The notes beneath the pieces were generated by a model, which saw only the letters and a list, made by a program, of their open reading frames with translations, did no database searches and was not told the DNA's origin. A DNA stretch of 64,000 nucleotides from Patescibacteria group bacterium. GTDB lineage: Bacteria; Patescibacteriota; UBA1384; JACPKC01. The translations under genes were made by a program, and so were the position numbers. The stretch covers positions 1,304 to 65,303 of the forward strand of contig JBMNRW010000004.1 of NCBI GenBank assembly GCA_050944875.1, in the 5' to 3' direction. How positions within the stretch are numbered: the stretch's first letter is position 1; every line of letters begins with the position of its first letter. Shown piece after piece: positions 30,094 to 40,213 of this stretch.

Positions 30094-31005
30094 TCACACC
30101 CTGAGATAAACGCTCGCGTGGTACTTGGCCTTTGCGTCAGCGAGCCAAGCGTCGAATGTTTGCTGGGCGGTTCCCTTCCTCTCTAAGAGCTCCACTAAGT
30201 GAAAACCGAACTCCGACTGGACCGACTCACCGATGAGACCAAGCGAATTCGTGAAGAGCGCACGCTCCATCGCCTCGGATTGCTGCCCCCGACTCACGAA
30301 GCCCATATCGCCACCGTTGTCTCGGCTCTCAAGATGCTCGGAAAACTCATGGGCGAGCGCAGTGAAATCGCCACCGCCCTTCAGCTGCTCAAGTACCTCT
30401 CGTGCTCGCGCTTCATCCCGCACAAGAATATGCCGGAAGCGCACCTGCTCAATCACCGAGCTTCGCACCTTATCTTCGAGGAGCTGGATACGGATCAAGC
30501 CGTGCAGCTGCGCCTGCGTCGAGCCGTAGAGCTCATTCAGGATGGTCCGCAACTCCTCCTGCGTTACCTCGCGCGGAGCATTACCTCCCTGTGCGACCAA
30601 GATATCGTCGTACGCATCGTTGACCTCGGCCTCGGTGACGCTCACGCCTTCTTCCTTCGCCGCGCGCTCGAGCACCTTATTCGACACGAGAAGCGTGATC
30701 ACTTGTCGGCCAAGCGGGGACTCAGTGGTAATGACGTCGGTCGACTGGTTCGTTCGCGCCATAAACGTCTCAATGAACGCCCGGTAGTCGAGGTACTCGC
30801 GCGCCCAGACAAGTTGCCCGCCCACGCGCGCCACTGGCACCGGGAGCCACCTCGCAAGTGCGCGGACCTGGATAGAGTCATTACCGCGCAACAAGAGGGC
30901 GCTCACAACCGCTGCAGCCAGAAAGTAGGCAAGCGCCACGCCAGCAATAGACCACGGAACCCACTTAGGGATCTTATTCTTCGGTACGCCTGGTGCATCC
31001 TTCAT
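30094..31005 (-). CDS. Parvulin-type peptidyl-prolyl cis-trans isomerase (PrsA/SurA-like) with N-terminal membrane anchor
   Basis: FRHILV...LKGGGDFTALAHEFSEHLESRDNGGDMGFVSRGQQSEAMERALF...FGFHLVEL is the PpiC signature; start at MKDAPG. Confidence 0.7.
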   Translation of the reverse strand: MKDAPGVPKNKIPKWVPWSIAGVALAYFLAAAVVSALLLRGNDSIQVRALARWLPVPVARVGGQLVWAREYLDYRAFIETFMARTNQSTDVITTESPLGRQVITLLVSNKVLERAAKEEGVSVTEAEVNDAYDDILVAQGGNAPREVTQEELRTILNELYGSTQAQLHGLIRIQLLEDKVRSSVIEQVRFRHILVRDEARAREVLEQLKGGGDFTALAHEFSEHLESRDNGGDMGFVSRGQQSEAMERALFTNSLGLIGESVQSEFGFHLVELLERKGTAQQTFDAWLADAKAKYHASVYLRV

Positions 31006-31012
31006 ACGCCTC

Positions 31013-31579
31013 CTACAGGCTAAACCAATCGGCCGTTCGAACAATTGCCCCCATAACCAACGCCGCAAGGCCGACAGATGGTAGCAGGGCCGCCCAAGAC
31101 AGCTTACCCGCCGCATGGAATGCAATCAGCTCGTAGCCGAGCAACCCGAGAATAGTCACGAGGAGCGCTCGCGAGGGGTAGTTGATCGGCCAAAAGAAGA
31201 GCGCGGCGAAGCCCTCGAGCAGGAGAATAGTGAGCGCCAGTGCGTACACCGTCGCTCGCAGCGGATCCCCACCGAGATACGGCTCAATTTGCCATCGGCT
31301 GACCGCAAATGCTGCGCACGCGAAGGCGAGAAAGACTGCAGCAACCGGCAGCGCACCCGAGAACCGGAACGAGAACGCGACCAGCGCCCAGACGAAGAGC
31401 GCCGGAATTGATCCGTGCCAGCGTTCTTCCGTCCGAAATGCCAGGACCGCGACGAGTGCGGCGAGCGCAGCAAACCCCCACATGAGCTCCGAGCTGGGAG
31501 CCGAAAACGGGAGAAGTACTGCGCCAAGTAGCGTAAGGAGCGCGCCTCCTGCGCGGTGCTGCCAGAGCGAGGCGAACAT
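31013..31579 (-). CDS. Polytopic membrane protein, hypothetical
   Basis: 188 aa, 5-6 TM helices. Confidence 0.45.
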   Translation of the reverse strand: MFASLWQHRAGGALLTLLGAVLLPFSAPSSELMWGFAALAALVAVLAFRTEERWHGSIPALFVWALVAFSFRFSGALPVAAVFLAFACAAFAVSRWQIEPYLGGDPLRATVYALALTILLLEGFAALFFWPINYPSRALLVTILGLLGYELIAFHAAGKLSWAALLPSVGLAALVMGAIVRTADWFSL

Positions 31580-32938
31580 CTACTCCGTCCCCTTGTACGA
31601 GCTTCCGAGAACAACGCGGAATTGCACGGTAGGCTCAGCATCAACTGGTCTGGTTGCCGGTGTCAACTGGGTGCTCAGTCGCTCGCTCAGTAGTCGGGCA
31701 GTGAACGGCGCCGCTCCGGCCGAGTAGTCGTAGATCGTCGTGGTCGTCACAGTTGGCGTGTTGTCGATATTCACAACATTGTACCCGCGGCTCTTCAAGT
31801 CGAGCTCGAGCTCGCGAGCGACGCCAACCATACCCGTGCCATTGAGCACCTCGATGCCTGCTGCCTCCTTCCGAATGTACGGGTCAGTGAACACACTGTG
31901 TGCAATCCGCTGCACTTCTTTGAAATCACCAGACTTCGGCACCAGGTAGTACCCACCATCATTTACTGTCTTCAGCGGACCATCTGCGCTATTGTCGATG
32001 ACGGTCGTCGTGACATCGTCTCGCCCAAGATCCTTGACGAGCGAGAAGAGCCGCTGGAGATCCTGCGCCGAGAGATCCATCCGAATATGGTCGCCGACGA
32101 CGTTCATAATACTCGTGAGCTTCTGCGGATTCGCGAGCACGTTGACCGAGAGTGCCTTCTGCTGAATCGCCAAGAGGATATCCTGCTGACGTGCGGCTCG
32201 GTCGAAATCCGATGTCGTCTGCCGCGAACGCGCGTAACGGAGCGCCGTGTCACCATCCATTTCCTGGACACCCGCCCGCACCGTGAATGGCTGGTAGCCC
32301 TCGAGACGATCATCTGGGTAGTACGGGTCATTGAGCGCTTTCTTCACGTCAACCGTGATGCCGCCCAGCGCGTCGATGAACTTCTCGAACCCATCGAAAT
32401 CGATGCGCACGTAGTAGTGGATTGGGAGATCGAGGATATCGGCAACCGTCTCCTTGAGTACCTTCGGCCCCGTTCCCTTCTCCTTGGCCTCACCGTACGA
32501 GTGCGCGCTATTGAGCTTGCCGTACCCGTTCCCCGCAATTGGCACCCTGAGGTCACGAGGCAGCGATAAGAGGGCAACCTGTTTATTCTGTGGGTCGATG
32601 CTCGCCACCATTACTGTATCTGCAAGGGCACCACCCTTATGGCTCGCACCGCCAATACCAATGAGCAGGACATTGATACGCCCATCACCTTCGCCTGCAA
32701 GCGCATTCGGGTCAACATCTCGCCCAAAGAACTGAAGAATTGGCGAGCTTCGATCAGACCCTTCACTAATTTTGTTGAATGCACGGGCGGCCGAGTAGCC
32801 AAACCAAACAACTCCTACGAGAACAAGGACGCCAAACGCCAGAAACACCAAACGCATGCGGCTCGGCGCTATCCGGAACCGATCGAGCTGCTTCCCGTGC
32901 TGTCGCCCACCGTCCTTAGCAGCTTGAGGCTGTCTCAT
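31580..32938 (-). CDS. LytR-CpsA-Psr (LCP) family protein with C-terminal LytR_C domain
   Basis: N-terminal TM anchor, INVLLIGIGG...ADTVMVASIDPQNKQVALLSLPRDL core; start may be the internal Met at 32857. Confidence 0.8.
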   Translation of the reverse strand: MRQPQAAKDGGRQHGKQLDRFRIAPSRMRLVFLAFGVLVLVGVVWFGYSAARAFNKISEGSDRSSPILQFFGRDVDPNALAGEGDGRINVLLIGIGGASHKGGALADTVMVASIDPQNKQVALLSLPRDLRVPIAGNGYGKLNSAHSYGEAKEKGTGPKVLKETVADILDLPIHYYVRIDFDGFEKFIDALGGITVDVKKALNDPYYPDDRLEGYQPFTVRAGVQEMDGDTALRYARSRQTTSDFDRAARQQDILLAIQQKALSVNVLANPQKLTSIMNVVGDHIRMDLSAQDLQRLFSLVKDLGRDDVTTTVIDNSADGPLKTVNDGGYYLVPKSGDFKEVQRIAHSVFTDPYIRKEAAGIEVLNGTGMVGVARELELDLKSRGYNVVNIDNTPTVTTTTIYDYSAGAAPFTARLLSERLSTQLTPATRPVDAEPTVQFRVVLGSSYKGTE

Positions 32939-33017
32939 AGTGTCCGTCTCCCACTCCTGCTACGAACTCCCCCGCCGAGAACGGGAAAAGCTGAAGGAAG
33001 TATACCACACCAGCCCG

Positions 33018-33359
33018 TCACTTCGCGGAGTTGAGCTCGGCGAGCAGGTCAGCGGGCGGGCGTTCAGTGAGAGACCTATCCTGTGGCAGCTCGGTGAACG
33101 GAACGCCGGAATACCAGGCCGCAGTCCGCAGGAGCGTCGTCATGACGCGTACCGACGTGTGACTGTGCGACACGGTCAGTCCACCAACCCGTGTGATCGA
33201 AGACCATTGCACGCCCTGGCGCCGAAGCCAAGCATCGATGAGTTCGGCTTCGGGACGCTCCTTGGCGTGTGCAGCAATGCACTCATCAACCACCCCTTCC
33301 GGCTTTACCAAGATAAGGCGAAGCATCGACCGATCACCGCCAGCAATGAGCTCATACAC
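33018..33359 (-). CDS. Hypothetical protein, 113 aa
   Basis: ATG overlaps the tsaE stop; no recognisable domain. Confidence 0.35.
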   Translation of the reverse strand: MYELIAGGDRSMLRLILVKPEGVVDECIAAHAKERPEAELIDAWLRRQGVQWSSITRVGGLTVSHSHTSVRVMTTLLRTAAWYSGVPFTELPQDRSLTERPPADLLAELNSAK

Positions 33360-33795
33360 GAATCACCTCCATCATCCGCTCCTTACCGTGATTTAACGCA
33401 AAACGGAGAAGGTATGTGGCGCGGCGACGAAGTACAGGAGCGTGTTCCATCCATTCGACGAAGTAGACCGCCTCAGGATCGTCGAATGTGAGGCCTAGGG
33501 CAGTAACGTCATCGTCGCTCTCGAGGCGATACAGATCACTGTGACACAGTCGGCGAATGCCCCGCACTGGCGCTGGTAGCTCGTACACCTGCTCGTAGAC
33601 GAAGGTTGGCGAAATGACATCCGCCACCACGCCCAAATAATTAGCTACATCTTTTACGAACGTTGTCTTACCAGCACCGAGCTCTCCCTCCAAGCCAATG
33701 AGGTCTCCCGACTTCACCTGCTCGATAAACTCGACCGCTACCTGGCGGAGTCTTGCTCGGTCAGTGATGTCGTAACGAGTGCTGCCCATATCCAT
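33352..33795 (-). CDS. tsaE: tRNA threonylcarbamoyladenosine biosynthesis protein TsaE (YjeE)
   Basis: GDLIGLEGELGAGKTTFVK...SPTFVYEQVYELP...HSDLYRL. Confidence 0.75.
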   Translation of the reverse strand: MDMGSTRYDITDRARLRQVAVEFIEQVKSGDLIGLEGELGAGKTTFVKDVANYLGVVADVISPTFVYEQVYELPAPVRGIRRLCHSDLYRLESDDDVTALGLTFDDPEAVYFVEWMEHAPVLRRRATYLLRFALNHGKERMMEVIRV

Positions 33796-34688
33796 TCAGC
33801 TCCCATCAAGGCGATCAGTGCTGTCGAGAGCATAGCAAAGAGGAGGCTAAAGGTAACTGCCGAACCCTGTCGCGACTCGGTCGCGGCATGAAACTCAACA
33901 GCGTTCAGCTGCTCCCGCTGTTCCTCCACGAGGCCTGCGAGCGAAAGGAGTGAGCTTGCTGCCGCTCCTACCTGGGAATCAATGCCGGATTTACCCGCCT
34001 CTACGCTGCGCTCAGGACCCATGTCATCGACTACGGAGAGAGCGCCCTGCTCCATTCGCCCCGCCTCCTGCGTAGCTTCACCTACTGCCGCCTCCTCGAC
34101 TTCCTCCACACTGCCAGACAGCAGGCGTACCACCGGAGAATCGACCTCGGTAACCACCCCGACGCCGTGGAGTACCGTACCTGCGCTCAGTGGCAGACGT
34201 AACTCCTGCGGAATAGATAAACGGATCAACTGACCAGCGACACGGAGAAATCGCTGCCGATCGACGAATTCTATAGTGCCGCTAAACGTCACGGTCTTGA
34301 GGAGCGAAAACGTTGTCTCTGCATCGATGCGTTGCACGTGAACCGCTTCCTGACCGTCCTCCTGCACGTCGCCCGCTGCAGCAACTCGGATCCGAGGCAC
34401 GTCAGCCGAGGACACTGCACCCAGCACAGTGACTCGCTGACCGACAACCTGCAGGACGTCAGTCGCACCAGCTGGGAGCACGACCTCAATCGTCGCATCG
34501 CCATCACTCAGCAAGGCGGTTCGCTCTGCGTACACTCCAACTGCCTGCGTAACGGTGCCACTCGTCCGAACCTTCGTGTTTGCCGCCAGTCGCTTCCCCG
34601 CTACATCGCTCAACGGGACGCTCGGCACTGGGTCTACACCGTTCATTCCTCCTGGCACTGGTCGCGCGATGGCTCTTTCATTGACCAC
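33738..34688 (-). CDS. Hypothetical protein with C-terminal TM anchor (316 aa)
   Basis: Val/Gly/Thr-rich beta-rich ectodomain, C-terminal helix TFSLLFAMLSTALIALMGAEWIW; overlaps the tsaE 5' end by about 58 nt. Confidence 0.4.
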   Translation of the reverse strand: MVNERAIARPVPGGMNGVDPVPSVPLSDVAGKRLAANTKVRTSGTVTQAVGVYAERTALLSDGDATIEVVLPAGATDVLQVVGQRVTVLGAVSSADVPRIRVAAAGDVQEDGQEAVHVQRIDAETTFSLLKTVTFSGTIEFVDRQRFLRVAGQLIRLSIPQELRLPLSAGTVLHGVGVVTEVDSPVVRLLSGSVEEVEEAAVGEATQEAGRMEQGALSVVDDMGPERSVEAGKSGIDSQVGAAASSLLSLAGLVEEQREQLNAVEFHAATESRQGSAVTFSLLFAMLSTALIALMGAEWIWAALVTTSLTEQDSAR

Positions 34689-34706
34689 ACCAGGCGTCGG
34701 CTCCGT

Positions 34707-35057
34707 CTATGCCCACTCTCCTCCCGGCAAGCGCGACCAACTCTCGCCCCGGCGGGCTGCTGGGACTTGTACCGTGTCGAGGATCTCGCCACTACCGTCA
34801 CGCAGCTCAAGAACCACGCCGTCATTGCGCAGCACAAACGAACTCGGCAAGGCAATCTGCCTGTAACCGGCTGGGGGAACAATTGTACTCGCAAAGCTGT
34901 GCCGCTGGGGTTGAGTACCTCCTACTTCGACGAGCTCCCAGCCAAAGAGGTCAACCGGCTCGTTGCTGTCGTTCGTGAATTCGACAAACTCTCTGCCCCC
35001 TTCAGCTGGTGCCGTCAGTACCTCTGAAACACGTACCTCGCGTGCAGCTTGCGTCAT
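34707..35057 (-). CDS. Lamin-tail-domain (LTD) protein
   Basis: VSEVLTAPAEGGREFVEFTNDSNEPVDLFGWEL matches the LTD signature (ISEV...EFIEL.N.S...VDLSGW.L). Confidence 0.6.
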   Translation of the reverse strand: MTQAAREVRVSEVLTAPAEGGREFVEFTNDSNEPVDLFGWELVEVGGTQPQRHSFASTIVPPAGYRQIALPSSFVLRNDGVVLELRDGSGEILDTVQVPAARRGESWSRLPGGEWA

Positions 35058-35266
35058 GTGACAGGTGAGATAGTTACAGCTGAAAGCCCGTTCCCTGCCC
35101 GGGCAACCACAGGCAATAGTACATCACTCATCTGCGCTGGCCGCAGAACGTTCAGGCGGTACGCGCCGTCCTCCTGCCGTTCAAGCGGGGTAGCGTCTTC
35201 ATGCTCCAGCGATGCGTCCACGGCGCCAGGCGCCCAGGTTACGGCAAGGGTGAACTCACGCTGCAT
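35054..35266 (-). CDS. Small hypothetical protein (70 aa) translationally coupled (ATGA overlap) to the LTD gene
   Basis: Stop overlaps the downstream start. Confidence 0.3.
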   Translation of the reverse strand: MQREFTLAVTWAPGAVDASLEHEDATPLERQEDGAYRLNVLRPAQMSDVLLPVVARAGNGLSAVTISPVT

Positions 35267-35374
35267 CTCTCCCGGTTGCCAGGAAATCGCGCACGCTGGG
35301 AGCGAGAAATGAGGCGCACCGGAATTCGTCGGCGTTCCCAGATCTGGACGACCAGGATCAAAGCCCTGCTGCTC

Positions 35375-35908
35375 TCATGCTTCGACCCAGGCGCGCGGAT
35401 CGCTCCCAGGCAGCAGCGGATCGAAGGTACGAACGAGCGCCGCGGGCGGCAGCGAGTTACTGTATGGGGGCAATCCGCCACTCCCTACTCGATCTGCAAT
35501 GCTACCGTCTGGACGACGAAGCTCGAGTGCGAACGCCGTATTACTGAGCCCGAGCGCTGAGCTAATGACGTCGGGCTGCACAGCGAGGGCTGACGGACCG
35601 GTCGTAAACATATGTTCCGGGCCGTTATTTGCAATCAAGAAGTATCCGCCCGGCGCAATACTACCCTCCTCAATACGCACAAGGAGGATCGGCTCAGCAG
35701 CGACGTTCCAGAGCTCCCAACCCTCAAGCGACACGATGTCGGCCGAGAGATTTCGGAGCTCCACCCACTCATCAGCCGCCGAAATACTTGAGCCCGCCCA
35801 GGCGAGTTCACTCACGACCACAGGTATCTCGACAGCCTCCGCCACGCTAGCCACCCCGCCTATCGCCCAGGCGCAGAGCAACACCCCAATCAGCCCCCCC
35901 TTTGCCAC
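35375..35908 (-). CDS. Secreted LTD-domain protein (GTG start, signal AKGGLIGVLLCAWAIGGVASVAEA)
   Basis: VSELAWAGSSISAADEWVELRNLSADIVSLEGWEL LTD motif; SD GGAGG 6 nt before the GTG. Confidence 0.55.
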   Translation of the reverse strand: MAKGGLIGVLLCAWAIGGVASVAEAVEIPVVVSELAWAGSSISAADEWVELRNLSADIVSLEGWELWNVAAEPILLVRIEEGSIAPGGYFLIANNGPEHMFTTGPSALAVQPDVISSALGLSNTAFALELRRPDGSIADRVGSGGLPPYSNSLPPAALVRTFDPLLPGSDPRAWVEA

Positions 35909-35921
35909 ATACAACCTCCTT

Positions 35922-36728
35922 CTAGAGTTCAATGATTTGCCCCTCTTCAAGCTCTCCGGTGTTTGCCACGATCCGACTAGTCTGGGGTAAGCGATTCGGC
36001 GATGGCTTCGGCTGCACCGAGGATGGTGCCGCTGTTGGCGGCGGTGGCGACACGAGCAAGTGCTCACGGAGGTGTTCGTGGCGGTACCCAGTCGGCTGGG
36101 CCATACTGCGCATCCCCTGTTCGTCAATACGTTGCGCTGCGTGCTGCGCCATAGCTTGAGTTCCATTCGGTCGCGCTGCAAGCTTATCGTGCAAAAGGAG
36201 AATAGTATTTGCGACGACGTACGGCCGGGGTACGTTCTTTAACGTAAAGCTCGGAGCATCACTTGCCGATTCCACAACTACAGTGCCGTACCGCAATAGT
36301 GTCTGCACATACCCCCGCATGTGTGCCGTAACATCCTGGACACGAGCAAGCGGTAGTTCCACTACCTTGCGACTAAATAGTCCTACCTGCTCAATAATAA
36401 TTAACCTCTCCGAGGTTAATACACCGACGTCCAAATAATGCTCGATCCAGGCGGTAATAAACACTGCGTTTGTAATAAGTAAATGCATGCTGCCAATTAG
36501 TAGCAATACAATGAATACAGTGCTATTTGAAAGGTCTAATATCTGAAAACGAAAGATTAGGTAGCCAACAACCAGTGGAATGAGCACCATAAAGCCAAGG
36601 ATGAGCATCCAAGGCGCAAATGCCATCCAATGACGGCGAATAAATATAAGTACCTCTTCATCCTGGAGTTGCCCCGGAAACAATTCGCTCGGTCGGCCAG
36701 TAACAATGTTGCGACGAAACGTATTCAT
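35922..36728 (-). CDS. Bacterial PH-domain membrane protein (YdbT/YdbS-like, bPH_2)
   Basis: Two N-terminal TM helices then ...LDVGVLTSERLIIIEQVGLFSRKVVELPLARVQDV... Confidence 0.6.
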   Translation of the reverse strand: MNTFRRNIVTGRPSELFPGQLQDEEVLIFIRRHWMAFAPWMLILGFMVLIPLVVGYLIFRFQILDLSNSTVFIVLLLIGSMHLLITNAVFITAWIEHYLDVGVLTSERLIIIEQVGLFSRKVVELPLARVQDVTAHMRGYVQTLLRYGTVVVESASDAPSFTLKNVPRPYVVANTILLLHDKLAARPNGTQAMAQHAAQRIDEQGMRSMAQPTGYRHEHLREHLLVSPPPPTAAPSSVQPKPSPNRLPQTSRIVANTGELEEGQIIEL

Positions 36729-36732
36729 ACCT

Positions 36733-36933
36733 TCACCCTATAATTGCGTAAAGAATCAACACAGCCGTTAAAAATAGCACTGTGCCAGCACAGCCAACGT
36801 AAAGACGCAATACCTGCTGCGAGGCATCGCCGGAGTATCCATACTCATTCAAATGATGAATGACATATGTCGAGTATAAGCCGTAACCCAGGAGAAAAAG
36901 GAGGTAGACGAGGGTGACGGCGAGCAGCATCAC
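36733..36933 (-). CDS. Small 2-TM membrane protein (66 aa)
   Basis: Hydrophobic; stop adjacent to the PH-protein start. Confidence 0.35.
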   Translation of the reverse strand: MMLLAVTLVYLLFLLGYGLYSTYVIHHLNEYGYSGDASQQVLRLYVGCAGTVLFLTAVLILYAIIG

Positions 36934-37949
36934 CAGCCTCCGTCAGCTCCCCTGAGGAGTTCGAGACCGCGCACGGTAATCTGGCGACCGCGCGGCGTTC
37001 GCTCGAGCAACCCTTCACGGATGAGGAATGGCTCATAAACATCCTCGAGCGTGTCAGCATCCTCGCCGAGCGCCGCCGCGAGCGTACCAAGGCCAACCGG
37101 CCCACCACTGAACTGCTCACCAATCATCGTGAGGATAGCGCGATCGATCTTGTCGAGTCCGAATGGGTCAATACGGAGCAGCTTCAACGCCTCGTCGGCA
37201 ACAGAAGCGGTAATGAGCTCAGCCCGATGGACCTGCGCGTAATCTCGCACGCGTCGCAGTAGGCGGTTTGCGATACGCGGCGTCCGACGAGCTCGTCCCG
37301 CAATCTCACGAGCACCCGAGCGATCAAGTGGCGCGTCAATGAGCGCGGCCGACCGCAGCACGATCTCTTCTACCTCCTCGGGCTCATAGAAATCGAGGTG
37401 GAAGTGGCCGCCGAATCGGTCACGGAGTGGCGAAGAGAGTCGCCCAACCTTGGTCGTCGCACCAATGAGTGTGAATCGGGGCAGTTCGAGGCGAAGCGTC
37501 TTGGCTGATGGCCCCTTGCCGAGTACGAGGTCAAGTGCGAAATCTTCCATTGCGGGGTAGAGAATCTCTTCTACCGTGCGCTTGAGCTGATGGATCTCAT
37601 CGATGAAGAGGATGTCGCCGCTCTGGAGTCCCGAGAGAATAGACGCAACGTCACCTGGCCGTTCGAGTGCGGGGCCAGAGGTTACCCTGAGCGAGGTACC
37701 AAGCTCTTTCGCAACGACGTGCGCAAGACTCGTCTTCCCTAGGCCAGGAGGGCCGTAGAGCAGCAGGTGCTCGAGCGCCTGCCCACGCTCCTTCGTCGCT
37801 TGAATGAGGATCGCGAGGTTACGCTTCGTTGACTCCTGGCCGATAAACTCACCGAGCTGCTTCGGCCGGAGCGCCGCATCTTCACGCACCTCCTCCGGCT
37901 GCGCTACTGCTTCCGTAAGGACGGTGGTCCCAACCTGTTCGTTCGGCAT
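36930..37949 (-). CDS. ruvB: Holliday junction DNA helicase RuvB
   Basis: [20 protein letters not shown] Walker [11 protein letters not shown], sensor and winged-helix C-terminus. Confidence 0.93.
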   Translation of the reverse strand: MPNEQVGTTVLTEAVAQPEEVREDAALRPKQLGEFIGQESTKRNLAILIQATKERGQALEHLLLYGPPGLGKTSLAHVVAKELGTSLRVTSGPALERPGDVASILSGLQSGDILFIDEIHQLKRTVEEILYPAMEDFALDLVLGKGPSAKTLRLELPRFTLIGATTKVGRLSSPLRDRFGGHFHLDFYEPEEVEEIVLRSAALIDAPLDRSGAREIAGRARRTPRIANRLLRRVRDYAQVHRAELITASVADEALKLLRIDPFGLDKIDRAILTMIGEQFSGGPVGLGTLAAALGEDADTLEDVYEPFLIREGLLERTPRGRQITVRGLELLRGADGGW

Positions 37950-38012
37950 AGTGCCTCGAGTATACCACGGCCGCCGGTTTCGCGGCGGCCGTGGCGCTAG
38001 TGCGAGCACTGC

Positions 38013-39236
38013 TTACGGGAGGTAACTCAGTGGATTTACCCGTGTCGAGTAGTCCCAGATCTCGAAGTGCAAGTGCGGCCCTGTCGACCAGCCAGTCGAA
38101 CCCATGTACCCGATCACCTGCCCACGACGGACTTCCTGCCCAGCAGAGACAGTGAAGCTCTGGAGGTGGGCGTAGAGCGAGCTATACCGAGCGTTGTGCC
38201 CGATCACAATGTAGTTCCCGTACGCGTACAATCGTCCGTTGTAGTACATCGACGTCGCCGTAGTGACTGTTCCACTTGACGCGGCGTAAATCGGAGTCCC
38301 CGATACATTTGCCAGGTCGAGACCGCCGTGGTTCCCACCTGGCTGGAATGGCGTCGAACCGCCGAAGTAGGTCGTGATTGCTCGGTAGTCCGTCGGCCAC
38401 TGGAAGCCGACCGCCGACGTACCACGATCACGTGCCTGGATAACGCCGGGACCCTTCGAGTTTAGGCGGGAGCGAAGCGCAGCCATCTGCGACTCAACTT
38501 GGCTATTGAGCTTTTTCGCCTCTTCTACCTGTGCCTCGTACGAGCGCTGCTCTTCTTTTGTTCGAACCAAGAGCGCATCCTTCCGCGCCTTCTGGTCCGC
38601 AAGACCGACGCGGTACGCCTCCTGCTGCGCCTTCATCCCAGTGAGCTCATCCCGCCGAGTCTTCAGCTCCGTTCGCTTCGCTTCGAGATCGCGCCTCAAG
38701 CCTTCGACTTCCGCGATCATCGCGTCGATCTGATCCTCGAGCGCCTCGAGGTACTGGGTGTGCTCAACGAACTCGGAGATTGACGTCGCGCCAGCAACGA
38801 GGAAGAGCGCATCTTCGCCGCCGGTCTCGTACAGCACGCGGAGCGTCTCGTCCTGGTTGCCTCGCTGCTCGTCGAGCTCGCGCTGCTTTACGACGATATC
38901 CGCTTCGACACGGGTAATCTCCGCCTCCGCTGCTGCGATCTGTCCAGCAACGTCGTTGATCTTCTGCTCCGTGTACTCAATGTCCCCTTCGATGCGGTCG
39001 ATCTGGCCAGTGAGCGCCTGCGCCTCTTTCTTCTTTTGCTCCGCTGCCGCCCGTGAATCCTGAATCTTCTTATTGAGCTCAGCGGACTGCTTCTGCAAGT
39101 CCTGGAGCGTGGCCGCGTGGCCAGTACCAGTGCCGGTCCAAAACGCGAACGGCGCTACGGCAAGCGCAGTAATGGCGCCCACGAGGAGCGCCCGACGAAC
39201 ACGTGTAGTAACGAATTGTGCGCTTCGATTTTCCAT
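38013..39236 (-). CDS. M23-family peptidase with N-terminal coiled coil (EnvC-like activator/hydrolase)
   Basis: GGLDLANVSGTPIYAASSGTV...GHNARYSSLYAHL...GSTGWSTGPHLHFEI (HxxxD / HxH M23 motifs); follows ftsEX. Confidence 0.85.
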   Translation of the reverse strand: MENRSAQFVTTRVRRALLVGAITALAVAPFAFWTGTGTGHAATLQDLQKQSAELNKKIQDSRAAAEQKKKEAQALTGQIDRIEGDIEYTEQKINDVAGQIAAAEAEITRVEADIVVKQRELDEQRGNQDETLRVLYETGGEDALFLVAGATSISEFVEHTQYLEALEDQIDAMIAEVEGLRRDLEAKRTELKTRRDELTGMKAQQEAYRVGLADQKARKDALLVRTKEEQRSYEAQVEEAKKLNSQVESQMAALRSRLNSKGPGVIQARDRGTSAVGFQWPTDYRAITTYFGGSTPFQPGGNHGGLDLANVSGTPIYAASSGTVTTATSMYYNGRLYAYGNYIVIGHNARYSSLYAHLQSFTVSAGQEVRRGQVIGYMGSTGWSTGPHLHFEIWDYSTRVNPLSYLP

Positions 39237-39292
39237 TTACCCTCCTGCGATACCCTTCCTCACTACACGACTTCCACCACCAATGCAAGCGT

Positions 39293-40213
39293 CTACAGCC
39301 GAACGAAGCGACGGACCGCCACGTAGCTCATAAGGACTGCGCTTCCAATCCCCACGCCGACAACCGTCACAACAATCCACACGATGTGCTGCCAGAAAAA
39401 CTGGAGCATGTCGGGCGCGAGGAATTTCGCGATCGACAGAAGTGGCGATGAGCTCGCCAGATCGTACTTGAGGAAGAAGTACGTCGCAACGAGCGCTGCG
39501 GCCGAGCCAAAGAACCCAACGATTGCCGCCTCAACGAGGAATGGCGAGCGGACGAACGCCGTCGTTGATCCGACGAGCCGCATAATCTCGATCTCGCTGG
39601 ACCGGGAGAGGATGACGATGCGAGTCGTGTTGTAGATGAGGATGAACGAGAGCAGGAAGAAGATTCCTGCGAGGATCCACCCGTTCTGGCGAACACTGCG
39701 CGCTGTCGCCACTAAGCTCTCGACGACCGTCTGGTTATCCTTGTAGCTCACCCGCCGGACTTTTCCTTCGTACTGCGACGACTCGAATACCTTCGCGAGA
39801 AGACCGAGGTTCGCCGGATCGTGCGCCTGAATAACAAGACTCCGGGGTAGTGGGTTGTCTTCGGGGGTGATTAGGCTTTTCACCCGCTCACTCGTGCGCC
39901 GCTCCTGCCACACTTGGAATGCCTGCTCCTTGGAGACATAGTTCACGCTCTTCACGTCTGGCCGATTCGCAAAGGTGCGCTGAATATCGAGGATCTCCTC
40001 TTCTGTTGCGTCGTCATTGAAGTACACGGAGAGGTCGAGCTTGTCCTGAATACCCTCGGTCGTATTCACGATAACGATGCCCTGAATAGCGAAGACGCCG
40101 ATAATGAAGAGCGTAATCGCGATGACGAGCGATGAGGCGAACGATAGCCAGCCGCTCCGGAAGAAATTCGCGATCCCGAACTTGAGTGCGCGAACCATTG
40201 AGAGCGTGCTCAT
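39293..40213 (-). CDS. ftsX: Cell division permease FtsX
   Basis: 306 aa, 4 TM with large extracytoplasmic loop; coupled to ftsE. Confidence 0.85.
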   Translation of the reverse strand: MSTLSMVRALKFGIANFFRSGWLSFASSLVIAITLFIIGVFAIQGIVIVNTTEGIQDKLDLSVYFNDDATEEEILDIQRTFANRPDVKSVNYVSKEQAFQVWQERRTSERVKSLITPEDNPLPRSLVIQAHDPANLGLLAKVFESSQYEGKVRRVSYKDNQTVVESLVATARSVRQNGWILAGIFFLLSFILIYNTTRIVILSRSSEIEIMRLVGSTTAFVRSPFLVEAAIVGFFGSAAALVATYFFLKYDLASSSPLLSIAKFLAPDMLQFFWQHIVWIVVTVVGVGIGSAVLMSYVAVRRFVRL

